In this document: positions 51,830-64,000 of the stretch, one piece after another | Layout of the letters: the number at the start of each line of letters is the position of its first letter | Numbering within the stretch: the stretch's first letter is position 1 | Origin: Azolla caroliniana | Taxonomy: Eukaryota; Plantae; Polypodiophyta | Direction of reading: 5' to 3' | Length of the DNA stretch: 64,000 nt | Assembly (NCBI GenBank): GCA_043228905.1 | Contig: JBHGNT010000004.1 | Coordinates: 18,042,001 to 18,106,000, forward strand | Program-made: the position numbers and the translations under genes | Notes under the pieces: generated by a model | Databases searched by the model: none | Seen by the model: only the letters and a program-made list of their open reading frames with translations | What the model was told of the DNA's origin: nothing

Positions 51830-54800
51830 GACTATTGGCTGCTTTTTGCTGCTCCACGCAACAGTCATGCTACCTAGAGAAAACATGTAACCAAAGGTTG
51901 ATCGGCGATCTGATTCATCACCGGCCCAGTCGGCATTCGTGCAACCGACGAGCTCTTCGGTTAAACCTTGCCGGTAAAATAGTCCCCGGTCCTTGGTGCC
52001 GCTGACATACCGCAATATCTGTTGCGCGCATTTAAGGTGCTCCACAGTTGGCTTCTGCATGAACTGACTTATCATACCGACCGGATAGCTAATGTCGGGT
52101 CGTGTGATAGTCAAGTAAATAAGACTTCCGACATTTTGTCGGAACCGTTGCTTGTTGTAGGCCGGTCCGGAGTTGGGACAAAGCTTCTGGTTCCGGTCCA
52201 AGGGTGTGGATACAGGTCGACATTCTATCATGCCGAACTTGTACAACATATTCAAGAAGTAACGTCGTTGTGAGAGCAATATGCCGTCCAGGGTTCGGAT
52301 CACCTCGATCCCTAGAAAATAATGAAGGTCCCCCAGATCCTTCATTTCAAATATGTCCAATAACTAGGACTTGACGCGGTTGATTTCTAGAACACCCGGT
52401 TCGGTGATGACTAGATCATCAACATACAGCAATATACATACCGGACTAGCTGGGCCTTTCCGGATGAACAATGAAGAGTCAGATTTGGAGGCCACAAACC
52501 CCACCTTACGCAACCAGTGTGTGCTCTTTGCATTCCAAGTTAGAGGGGCTTGCTTTAGGCCGTACAACGACTTCTTAAGCCGGCATACCGCCGATTTGTT
52601 TATCTCCGATTGAAAACCGGGAGGCTGAGTCATGAAGACTTCTTCTTCAAGATCACCTTGAAGAAATGCATTCTTCACATCCATCTGATGAAGATGCCAC
52701 CACCTTGCCGTAGCAACTGCCAGCACCACTCGAACTGTCGTCATCTTCGCTACAGGAGCGAAGGTCTCGTCGTAGTCGATTCTGAGGGTCTGCGCATATC
52801 CCTTCGCCACTAACCGGGCCTTGTACCGGTTAACTGAACCGTCGGCGTTGTACTTTACTTTGTATATCCACTTGCATCCGATCGGTTTACAATGACGAGG
52901 AGGGTCAACCAGGTCCCATGTCTTGTTGACATCAAGTGCTCGCATTTCTTCCTCCATAGCAGCACGCCAATTTGCGTCCTTGGCCGCTTCTGCGTAACTC
53001 TCCAACTCACGCACTTCGGCCACCTTAGTCATGTACGCATAGTGCTGCGCCATGTACTCATTGTACCCATACCGCTTGACAGGATCCTTCTGGCGGTTGG
53101 ACCAGCGTAACTCACCGTTACCCGGTTTGAGGCCCTTCTTAACCAATTCGGTCTTCATTGCCGAAGATCCGCCTTTCTCCTTGCCGGAGTCGGACATACA
53201 TCGATCCGACTCATCGTTGCCGGATTCGAATTCCTACATCTTCTTCTTCCCCTTCTCTTTGTGCGTGAACCGTCTCCTCGGTTCCTTGCGCGGGGACTGC
53301 ACGGCAGAGTCTCCACTACTCATCGGTTCCTCATTAGACTGGTCAGATTGACTCAGTCTCTCGTTCGGCCCACTCAACCGGAACGACTCCGGACTCTCAT
53401 CTTGAGTCCACGCTTCATCATCCTCTATCTGGGCCGGTTCAGGATTACCAGCCTCATCCACCGGCATCGGGTCAGATTCGGATGTCGGAGTCGGTAAGGA
53501 GTACCACAATGCCGATTCATCAAACTCGACATCTCGACTAATTCGGACCTGCTTTGTCCGGGGGTTATAACACTTATAACCCTTTTGCTCTTGAGCATAG
53601 TCGACTAGGATGCATTTTTCCGATTTTGCATCCAGCTTCCTCCGCTTCTCATTCGGTACATGCACAAATGCAATGCTACCGAAGATCTTAAGGTGTCTCA
53701 AATTCGGCTTCCGCCTGAAATACAGCTCGTGAGCTGACACCTTGTCACCGATCTGGTTCTGGATGTAGACAACCGTTCAAACTACCTCCACCTAGTAGAA
53801 TTTGGGCATGCTCTTCTCCTCCAGCATTGCCCTTGCCGCATCGATAAGCGACCGGTCCTTCCTCTCGGCAACACCGTTCTGTTGCGGTGTGTATCTGCAG
53901 CTGAACTCTCGCCGAACTCCCGTTTGCTGCAGATAACTGTTGAATTGGCCGGAAAAGTATTCTTTCCCGCCATTCAACCGAAGGCATTTGATCTTCCTCT
54001 CCGATTCCCGTTCCACCATGCTTTGGAGACTCCGGAAGCACTCGAAAACTTCACTCTTACGCTCAATGAGGTAGATCCATGTGTGCCGCGTATGGTCGTC
54101 GATGAAGTATCGACTCCCACCAAGACTAACACTCTGTGCTGGTCCCCACACATCCAAATGGATTAGGTGGAGCTTGTTATGGCTCTGCTTACGTTTGGTA
54201 GGGAATGGAAGCCGGTGTTGCTTCCCGAGTTGGCAGGCTTCACATACTTGGGCCTTCCGGCCGCTGAATTTCGGCAAACCGAAAACAACTTGTTTCGTTT
54301 GCAGGTCTTGAAGCCTCCGGTAATTGACGTGGCCTATCCACTTGTGCCACAGGTCGATGTCCGATTCGATCTTCTGTCCTTTTGCAAACAGAGCGGTGCC
54401 AACGTCATTGGTGTCGAGGAAAAACATCTTCCCGTCTCTGCGCCCTTGTGCAATAATTTGGCCCTCTTCCTCGATGAAGCACCCGAGGTGCGTAAACCGC
54501 ACCTGTATCCCCTGGTCGACTATCTGTCTGACCGACACTAGGTTCTTCGTGATTGTCGGAACATGTAATACGTTCATCAGCTTCCCCTTCTATCTGACGT
54601 GGCTCAAAGGGACTTCTCCGACGTGCACGATTGGGTGAGTGTCGTCTCCGGTTTCGACTACTCCTGGTTGATCCGGTTTTTCTAAAAAGGAGAACCACTC
54701 TTTGTGGCTCATCTTGTGGTTCGACGCACCGGAATCAACATACCAGACTTCCTCCGATTTGGAAGTGGTCTTCTTCATCGAGTTCGCCTCGTGCTTCATC

Positions 54801-55836
54801 ACCAAGGCTGGCCCGTTACCGTTCTTGGATCCTCCCGATCCCTTCGCGTAGTGCGAGCTTTGCCGGCCATCCTTGCCGGATCCGGATTTGTCCGAATCGA
54901 CTCGTTTTCTCCAGCACTTGCTTTCTCTGTGGCCCTTTTTGCCACAGTACCAACATTCCGTTGCTGACCTGTCTTGCCGTCTTTCGGTGTCGCCATGACT
55001 CACCCTACCTGTGGTGGTCCCGGAACTGTTGTCGACATGTTCTTTGTGCCTTCGTTCTTGCTCTTTTCCGGCCGCCTCCATTGCGTGCAGACCTGCCTCG
55101 TCCACCACACCCATGGGACCAATCTGCCTCCGTGTACAACATCCGGCTGTCAGTGGGTGCGCTAGTTGACGCACCGGCGTGGTTCTCCTCTACAAGGAGC
55201 ATCGATTGTAAGTCGAAAAATGATGGCGTATTCTCCCTTGTACACACTGCCGTTCGGAACGCTCTGAACTTAGATGTCAAGCCCCCAAGATAGACCTGTA
55301 CCATCTCGTCTTCCTCTACGGTAACGTTGATAGAGGCAAGCGAGTCATAGATCTTTTTGATCCAGGCTGTGTAATCCGCCACCGACATTTCCTTCTGTCG
55401 GACATTGCTCAACTCCTGTCAGAGTTGCAGCTTCCGGGTTGTAGTGCTCGCGGCGAAAACCTTCTTCAGGTTCCCCCAAGCCTCCTTCGGCATCTTGGCA
55501 TCTCAGATGTGGCTCAGCAATTGGTCTCCGACACTGGACGCGAAGCAGTACATCACTCTGCTTGCCGATTTTTCCCACACTGGGAAGTCCTTATGTGCCG
55601 CATCAGGTGCTGTTTCGTTGGCTCCTTCGATGAAACTCCAGTAGCCATGCCCAAGCAGGTACTGGTGCATCTTATACGACCAAGATGCATAGTTGGATAT
55701 GCTGAGTTTCTCCACAGGGAGCAAGCTAGCCATCCCTCTATCCATCACTTCTCTGTCTGCTATTTTACGACCTGTCAGGGTTTGCTTTCAGCGTTTGTCG
55801 GTTGCAGAGGAGGTTCTCATCCCTCGCGCTCTGATA
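51830..55836 (-). mobile_element. Copia internal region (PBS remnant, gag, protease, integrase, RT, partial RNase H) with no LTRs
   Basis: CWYCGKKGHRESKC, WYVDSGASNH, CEACQLGKQHR, YKARLVAKGY, LLYVDDLVI and MKDLGDLHYFLG. Same family as 50562-51829, opposite orientation. Confidence 0.92.
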
Positions 55837-55912
55837 TGAATCTGATATCTTCCGGTCGGAGGCCCTGGGGTCCTGCCTCAAGTTCACGTATCCTCGTCGT
55901 AATTTCGCGACA

Positions 55913-57134
55913 ATGGCCCAAACCATCGCTTTGCGAATTTCCGCATCGAGCTATGTTGATTGTTGAGACTACTATCATATACAATTACCCAGTCTCCTTC
56001 TTCGATCTTCCGAGGGCGTAGTTGGTGTGTCTTGTCGAACCAGGCTTTGTTACTTAGCCTAGCAACTTCTAACCTCTTCTTTGCCAACTCCAAGTGTTCG
56101 GGTCATCTCTCAAGTTTCCTTATCCTTGTTGCTAGAAGCTCTTCTCGACTCATCTCGTTTCCCACGGCATCGCTACCCATGACGCAATCGTGTCTTCAAT
56201 GGGCATCACTGGCTTTTGTCTGTACATAAGTTTAACTAGCATGAAACCTGTAACTGAGCTATGAGTTGTTCTATCGTCCCACAAGGCATAAGGTAGTAAC
56301 CAAGGCCAATTCCTGACTCGCCCATCACAAGCACTTACAATGGCTTTTACGATGGGCCCGTGCCCGCATTCTATCTTTCCATTCGCCTCCAAGTTATAAG
56401 CGTTCGTGAGAGAGAGCTTCACTCCAAGTCGTTCAAAGAGCTCTATAGCTTCGTGAGTGTTCAACTCTCCTCTGTCAGCCACAATCTTTCCCACACATCC
56501 ATACCGGCAGATGACATCCTCGAGTAAGAATTTACACACCCCCGCCATCGTTTTGTTTGCCAAGGCTCGTCCTTCTACTTGGTTTGTTAGGTCTTCTCTT
56601 GCTAGCACCAAATATTTCATTTGGCCCACTCCCATCGGCATCGAAACCAAATCCTCCATCCATTTGAAGTGTATGGTGAGTGGGTAGGTCGGGTGCAACT
56701 CGTCCCTATGGCGTATGTTGGAGTGTATCTGGCAGCTTTCACACATCCCCACGAAATGAGCGACATCCTTGTACATTCCCGGCCATCAATACTTCTCTTT
56801 TAACTTCTCGAATGTTGCCCACGTTCCTCTATGGCCCGCCCGAGGACTCTCATGGAACTCAGATACCAATGTTGTCTGGTCTTCTTCCCTTATGACCACT
56901 TGTTGTGGCGTCCCCGTCCTTCTCTTCGGGTGCCTCCAGAGGAACCCCCCTCATAGGAAGTACTTGTACGCTTTCTTTCGGACTCTCTGTGCTTCCTCCT
57001 TCGACCATGAACTATCCATTGTCATTGAGCTTAATAACTTGCCAATGTGTAGTCACTCCCCTTCATATTCACTTTCGTTGAAGACGTGGAGCACTCGCAC
57101 ATCTCGATCATCTATGTTGTCTGCCTGGCCGGAC
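55913..57134 (-). mobile_element. Gypsy integrase fragment, same family as 38163-39270
   Basis: H-H-C-C zinc-binding region (CESCQ), YGCVGKIVADRGE, EANGKIECGH, KRWFGP. Confidence 0.85.
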
Positions 57135-57424
57135 TAGCCTCAACACAAGTGTCTATCCGACACTTCTCCAAAGGGGTAGTAAGGATTGGATGCTAGGTTA
57201 CACGCGTAAGATGATTACCCTAAGCACAAACGGTAAAACAATACAAAGATAAAGATAAACACGCAATAATTACTTTTGTATTACTTCTGTAAAGCCTTTA
57301 CAAATCATCGGATCCGGCAAGGTTACAATCGGTGCGCTTAGGCAACCGGCATCCGAATCGGTCCGGATCCGGATCGGTACAACTGTACCGGATTCGTCCC
57401 TCCGAATAATAATTATACTATTAT

Positions 57425-60400
57425 TTACTTCCTATTATTCGATTCGACTCCGCCTTCCCACTTGTCCTTGCTCTTTTGACCGGTCAACACATGGCACGCT
57501 CGTGGGAAAGTGCCTTGCACTTCGAATCCACTCCCGGCCTCATTCTTCCTCCAAAATATCGAGCACACTCTGCTCGAAGGTGTCAAGTGGTGCTTCTTCC
57601 TCCAATTCCTGTTCCTTGCATGCTTGGTCTCCGACCTCCGGTTGGGTTGGCTGTTCCGTAAAAATTTGCTGCTCCGGCTCTGCTTGATTCTGTGGTGCCG
57701 GTGCTTCCTCACCGCTCCGTCCGGGTTCTTCCTGTTCTCCCTCCGTTCCTGGCTCTGTTCTGGTACCAGTGTCGCTTTCTCCGGTCTCGACTGGTCGGTT
57801 CGGTGCGCCTTCTTCCTCTGCTCTGGTGTTTTCCGGTCTCAGCTCTTCGTCTTCCCCGGCATCGGTCTGCACCTGCTTTTCTTGATTTTCTTGGAACGGA
57901 AGTTCTTCTTTGGGTATTCCTTGTCGGGGTTGTTCGGTGTCGGTTGGTTCATCTTCAACCGGTCGCTCTCCCCCACTTATAGTAATTGGCGTCGTTCGTC
58001 CCTTGGCTTCCTGTCGTAACCGGTCCTGCTCGTATTTCTCCAACTCCAACTGAGTTGCGAGCTGCCCGTCAGCCAACCTCTCTACCAACCCTCGGATTTC
58101 TTTGAGATGTTCTTCCGCTAAAGCGTAGAAATCCTCCGACAATTCTTCCCGAATGGCGACGATACTTTCTTCATCCATCTTGTAGAACTTGTCACCGGTC
58201 TTCCTCCGATTCTCGGCATCAGCTCGGAGTGTCTGCAGCTCGGCTGCCTGTTGTGACCACTCCTTCCATAGCTTTTCCGTACTTTCGTTGATGCTTTCCT
58301 GAGCTCGGGTACTCCAACATGACATGATGAGCTTGATCCGGTCAACCCCCGCCTTAGCATGCGCATAAGCTTCTTGCTTTTCCTTCCTTGCCCATTTTAT
58401 AATGTCGGCCATTATCTGAGCCTAGGCTTCGTAATCCGCTTTCTGCTTTTCATAGGCACTTTGCAGCTTGTTGATCGTGAAGGTCGATCTTTCCTTTTCT
58501 TCATTCCTGATCTTTGTCAGATCCAGCTTTTCCCGCCTTAGCGCCTCTAATTCCTTCCTTCTCTCCGTCGCTTGGGTTATTTCCGCCGACAATGCTTCCT
58601 TTCTGGCACTGACCTCGTCCATTGTCTTAGCCAGGTCTAATCGGGTCTCTTTGAGCTGTTCTTTCAGCTTCTCTATTTGCCGATCGTAGTCTGCTGCCTG
58701 TTTCTTGTTGTCCGACTCGGCCTGCTTGTGATCTCGGTAGAGTCGGTCGAAGTCCTCCGTCTTCTGCTTCAGGCGTCGGCTTACCTGAGCTCTTAACCGG
58801 TCGTCCCGGTCCTTCTATTGTCGGAGTTCTTCCTGCAGTCGTTCTATCTCCTGCTCAGCCTGTCGACGCAGTCGGTCCTTCTCCTTTTGCAGCTTCTCTT
58901 TTTCTTCTTGCAGTCGGTCATTAGTGGCTCGGCCTTTCCGGAGGCCTTCTTCCATTTTCCATCTGTCGTCCTCCACCGCTTTCCGCTGCTCCCTTTCTTT
59001 TTCCCTTAATGCCTCCTGAGCTTTTAACTCCTCTCGCAAGGTTTCTATTATTTTTTCGGTCTCAGGGCCGGTTTGCAAGGCTACCGGTTCCGGTTCCGGT
59101 TCTGGTTGCTTCCTTGTTGTCCCGACCGGCTCGGTGACAACTTGTGCTTATTGAATTCCTTCCCTCGCCTACAACAACTCCCCTTGCAATTCCTGGATCT
59201 GTGTTCGGAGCGCGACCAACTCTTGGGTTGTTGTATGCGTCAGGTGTTGCCTACACGTTTCTTCTTCCTCTAACTGGTCCGCTACTCCCGATACCTGCTC
59301 CGAAAGCCATCTCAGCCATTGTGGCTTTGTGCTTCCTGTGTCGGGGTAGCATTGCTCACTTCTACTCCTTAACTCAGGCTGTTTTTCCGGCCTTTTCTCT
59401 GGCTCCGGCGCTTGTTCATTCCTCTTCTCTGGAATGACCGGTTCTCTGAAGTCCGGCAAAACCGGTGTCGGTGCTGCTTCCCTCGGTACGGGTTCCAGTA
59501 CTGCTTCCGCCCCGGCTACTGGAGGTGGTCCTTGCGCCCTCTGCTGAGTTTTGTCAACTGGTGGAGCCGGTCCTCTCGCCTGTCTCTCCCGACCTTGTCT
59601 TGCTGGGAGTCTTACCAGTGGTTCGGATGAGTCTTCTGCTTCAGCTTCCTCCTCCGGTGCGGCTACCAGACAGACCTTTTGTATAAAGACCTCTGGTTCT
59701 GGTTCCGGCCGTCGCAGCGTTATATTGATTGGTTTGAGCGCTACCGGTTCCTCCTCGGCCGGTTTTCCTTTGCCTTTTCCTGCCGGTTTTGCCTTTGTTG
59801 CCGGTTTCTGTTGTTGTCGGGATGGTCCTTCCTCCCGCTGTTCTGCTGCTTCCTGGGTCCATCCGGGGGTGTGTTTCTCCAGGATATGTCGGCGCTTTGT
59901 GACCTTTCTCGGCGTCGTCTCCTGCCGACCTCTTTTCGTTTGTTTGATGGGGAGCACCGGTGGGACTAACACTGTTAGCCATTGTGCTATCCCGGCCCAT
60001 GGCTTTTTTCCTTCCACAAGGTTCTTGATGGCCTCCTTCAATCCTTCGGTTATGAAATGGAGCCAATCCACTTGTAATCCTTCGTACGTTGCAATTAGGA
60101 ACGCTGCCCGGTACCTGGCTATGGCCGGGGGACGAGAATTCACGAATCCGTATTCCATCATGGCGCGGGCCACTTCTCCGAACAGCAGGTTCTCTCCGCC
60201 CCGTGTTCGGTACGCCTTGCTGCTAATGGAATACTCACCGAAATATTCGAACAGGATTTGACTTGAAGGGTTTTCGATCATTTGAAGTCCTCCTGCTTTT
60301 ATCCCCGTGAACGCTTGCACCGCTCCTTCCATGATTTCTTATAAATCAATCGATGATGCCGCCTGCTCTAGTTTTGCGTGTGGTGGAGCGTCGGCGATCC

Positions 60401-63400
60401 ACAGCAATCCTTCTAACCCGTTCTCCATCATCCATTGGCGTGCCTCCTCCAACAGTGCCATTGGTTCGAATTCTTCTTCTGCTGTCTGTTGTTCGGGATC
60501 GGGATGTGTGTGCGCTGTGCGTCGGATCGTTCTTCTGTGCTTCTGCGCCTGTGTGTAGGAAAATTCGTAAAAAGTAAGTCCTTCGCAAGCTTGTGTCTTA
60601 TATAGTGGCTTTTGCCTCGAGCCGCCCTTTTTCGTTTCCCGCGCATGTCTATCTCCCGCCATAATTAGTAAGTCCTTTCTTGCTTGCTGCGTCGGTGCCC
60701 ATGTTCTATGCTTTAAATAGCAAGTACGCGCACGTCCTCCTTTACTGCATGGCGCCTCTTCGTTGCATGGTGGCGCTCCCACCTCTTGTGATCTCCCCAT
60801 CATTACTATGATTTATTTTATTTTATTTTATTTTTATTTTTTCTGTTTGTTTGGACCACGTCATTTTCTGGTCCCCCCCGATTTGTTCGGGTCGGTTCGC
60901 GCTGATACTGGATCCTTCTGTCGGTTTTCCGGGATAGTCTTCGTCAGTATCAGTGTCGGTTCTTCCTTGGTCCGGATATCTGCAGCAGCGTCTATCGGTG
61001 TCGGTTCCTCATCGTGCCGGATTTCCGGTTCCTGCTTGAACGGGTTTCCTGGCATACTTCCCTTATACGGCTTTAGCCGAAACCCATTTGCCCACTTACC
61101 GATGACTTCTCCAGACAACGTGCCGAGCTGATACGACCCATTGTACTCCTTGGTGATCCAGAACGGTCCGGTCCACCGAAACCGCAACTTTCCCGGCATG
61201 TTCCCCATCCGTGTCTGGAACAGTAGCACCGGTTTCCCGACTTCGAACTCCTTTTCGTTTCCACGCCGGTGTCGGTCCACGAAAGCTTTTCTCCTCCTTT
61301 GCTCCAGTTCGAGTTGTAGTAAGCTGGCTATTCGGTTTTCTTCTAATTCCAACAACGTCGCCAGCCGGATTCGTTCGGACTCCTTCTCACTTAAACGCTC
61401 CTTTACCTGGATCCGTAAGCTGGGGATCTGGAACTCTACCGGCATGACCGCTTCTAAACCGAATGCTAGTCGGAACGGGGTTGTCCGGATGCTGGTTTTG
61501 TACGTTGTTCGGTACGCCCATAGTGCGCTCTGCAATTTCGTATCCCAGTCGGTCCGGTTCTCGTTGACGATTTTTCGTAGGATGTTCTGCAGAGTTTTGT
61601 TCGTCGATTCCGCAAGTCCATTGGCTTAAGGGTAGTAGGGAGTACTCCTTTTATGTACCACCGCATAAAATGACGTCAGGCTTTCTACTACCTACCCGAG
61701 AAAGTGTTCTCCTTGGTCACTTATAAGCTCGATCGGGCATCCATACCGGCACCATATGCACTCGTATAGGAACTTTGCCGTGGACGCGGCCGTGTTGTCC
61801 CGTAAGGCCTTCGCTTCTACCCATTTGGTGCAATAGTCGGTCGCCACTATGACATACCGATTTCCGGTTCGCATTGCCGGTGGCTTGAAGGGACTGACAA
61901 AGTCGAAACCCCACTTTTGAAACGGTTCCAATGGCAAGACCGGGTGGTGTGGCATCCGGGCCTGCTCCGTGGGTTGGCCCAATCGTTGACACAAATCGCA
62001 TTCTCTGCTATACTTCGCGGCATCTTTTAGGGCGGTGGGCCACCACAGTCCGCTCTGCCATATTTTCCGAGCAGTTGCGTCGCCGGCATAATGCCCGCCG
62101 GAAATTCCACAGTGGGCTTCCCTGAGGATTAGATCCTTCTCATCGCTCCGCACTACTCGTCTCCAGATGCCATCTGCCCCCTTGTGATAGAGAGTGTCTC
62201 CAACCAAGCAGAAATGTCTGCTTCTTACTGCTACCCTTTTCCTTTCATCGCGGTCCATGTTCTCCGGGGGTACTCCGGTGCTCAGGAACTGATGCATCTC
62301 AGTTAGCCACGTGTCTTCATCGGCTACCGTTGCATCCGTTGCCGGTTTCGTCGTGATCTGGAACAACTCGGCGTCGGGGAACTCATCCTGGACGCCGTCC
62401 CCTGCTTCTCCGGATTCGAGTCTGCTTAGGTAGTCCGCTACCGCATGCTGCGCCCCGGGTCGGTGGAAAATGTCGAATTCAAATTCTTGTAACAGCAGTG
62501 TCCATCGTGCAATTTTTCCCGTCAGGGATGCCTTCGAGACCAGGTAGAGTAGTGCCGAATGGTCGACATGGAAGGAAAACTTCCTTCCGAGCAGATAGTG
62601 CCTGTACTTTGTAACACTATACACCATTCCTAATGCCTCGCGTTCCGTCGTAGAGTAGTTCCGTTCGGCTTTTGAGAGTTTCCTGCTTGCGTAGTACACC
62701 GGCCGGTACCATTTCGGCTCCATGAGTTGCATCAGAACGTTGCCGATTGCTACGTCCGACGCGTCGACGAAGACGTGAAAGCTTTTACTCCAATCCGGCG
62801 GTTGCACCACCGGAACTTGCGACATCATAACCTTCAACGCTTGGTAGGCTTTCTCCTCCGTCTCCGCTTATAGGAAGGGTACCCTGCGTACGGCGGCATG
62901 CAATGGTGTAGCGAAGTCTGCGAGGTGTCGTATCATCCAGCTATGCCACCTTATTTGGCCCAGGAACCGGCTTAAAGCCTTGGCGTTATTTGGTGTTGGT
63001 GCCTCGAGAATCGCCTTTACTTTATGCGGGTCTACCGCGATTCCTTCCTTACTCACCACTTGCCCTAGTAAGTTGCCGCTTGCCACTCCAAAGACGCACT
63101 TGGCCGGGTTCAGACTCAACCGGTACTCACGGCACTTCTCCAAGCACAGCCAGAGGTGATCGAGATGCTCTCCGTGCCAACTGTAGACCGCGAAATCGTC
63201 AAGGAAGACCTGCATAAAACCGGGGATATATTCCCCGAAAATTTCCATTATTATCCTTTGAAAGGTCGTTGGGGCCATCTTTAGTCCGAACATCATCACA
63301 ACCGCGACGAACACTCCCCATTCCGTAACGAACGTTGTCTTCTCCTGGTCGGCCGGGTTCATTCGTATTTGGTTGTAACCGCTAAATCCATCCAGGAAGC

Positions 63401-64000
63401 TGTAAACTTCGTGGCCGGCTACCGCATCTAACACCCCGTCCGTAAATGGTAGTGGAAATGCATCGGTCACTGTTGCGGCATTTAGTTTCCGGTAGTCCAC
63501 GCATACCCGGATTTTGCCGTTCCTTTTCGGGACCACCACTATCGGACTCAGCCAAGTTGCCTGCTTGACCGGTCGGATAAATCCGACCCGGAGGAGCTTA
63601 TCAATCTCCTCCTTCACCTTCGCCGCATAATTCGGATTCATCCGGTACTTGCGTTGAGCGATCGGTTTCGCGTCCGTACTTAGGTGAATTTGGTGTTGAT
63701 AGAGCTAGGGGTCCAGCCCTCGCATGTCTTCGTACGACCACGCGAACACATCCTTGAAGTCTGTTAATAATGCTACCATTGCCTTCTTTTCTTCCTTCGG
63801 CAATTCCTTTGCGACATTTACCGGTCGGGGCTTGTCTGTTGTGCCGAGGTCCACCTCCTCTAGTTGGGATGCTTTTACCCTCTGGGATATCGTCATTTCC
63901 CTCTCTAGGGATTCCTGCGCTTGTCGTAGTTCCCTGATCGCCGCTTGGTCCGGTTCGTCCGGCGTCGTGATGTACGGTTCTACTGCCGCCGTGATATCCA
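57425..64000 (-). mobile_element. Athila-like (non-chromovirus) Ty3/Gypsy element: RT, RNase H, integrase and a long 3' extra ORF; runs off the window
   Basis: RT (WLSPIVVVPK, CVDYRKLN, FLDGFSGYNQI, FLDD), RNase H (VDASD, NYSTTERE), integrase (H.G..GGH, CDLCQ, DY.TKWVEA, WTGPF). A few in-frame stops. No 3' LTR recognised. Confidence 0.92.
57540..60461 (-). pseudogene. Extra ~970-codon ORF downstream of pol (globular N-terminus, Pro/Glu-rich linker, long coiled coil, acidic tail)
   Basis: ORFs 60339..60803, 59169..60332, 58815..59078, 58422..58622 and 57540..58412 share one reading frame, separated only by TAA/TAG stops. Confidence 0.75.

Noticed and set aside
44121-52692. Other CTGATGA occurrences (e.g. 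~44121, ~46025, ~52685) as further hammerheads
   Set aside because: They lie within retrotransposon coding sequence and lack the stem II-GAAA and flanking stem I pairing.

Overview
Land-plant nuclear DNA, probably from a fern or another non-seed vascular plant (inferred from the style of the PLS-class PPR protein and the transposon families). The first ~14 kb is a small gene island: the 3' exons of an SRRM1-like RS-rich splicing factor, an intronless PLS-class PPR gene and a 3-exon HOOKLESS1-like GNAT acetyltransferase. The remaining ~48 kb is a stack of nested, mostly decayed Copia and Gypsy LTR retrotransposons. Two things stand out. (1) A ~2.7 kb largely non-coding insertion (47797-50508) has ~0.49 kb terminal direct repeats, and each repeat carries a minimal type I hammerhead ribozyme motif. 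This looks like a non-autonomous Penelope-like element or retrozyme that could release a ~2.23 kb, possibly circular, RNA. (2) A ~8.3 kb Sola2-like DNA transposon relic (24706-32980) carries a convergent multi-exon cargo gene with RING-H2 and FCP1/SCP-type HAD phosphatase-like domains. Introns of both of its genes hold arrays of the perfect palindrome TAGCTAATTAGCTA. All calls come from reading the sequence and ORF track by eye; no searches were run.
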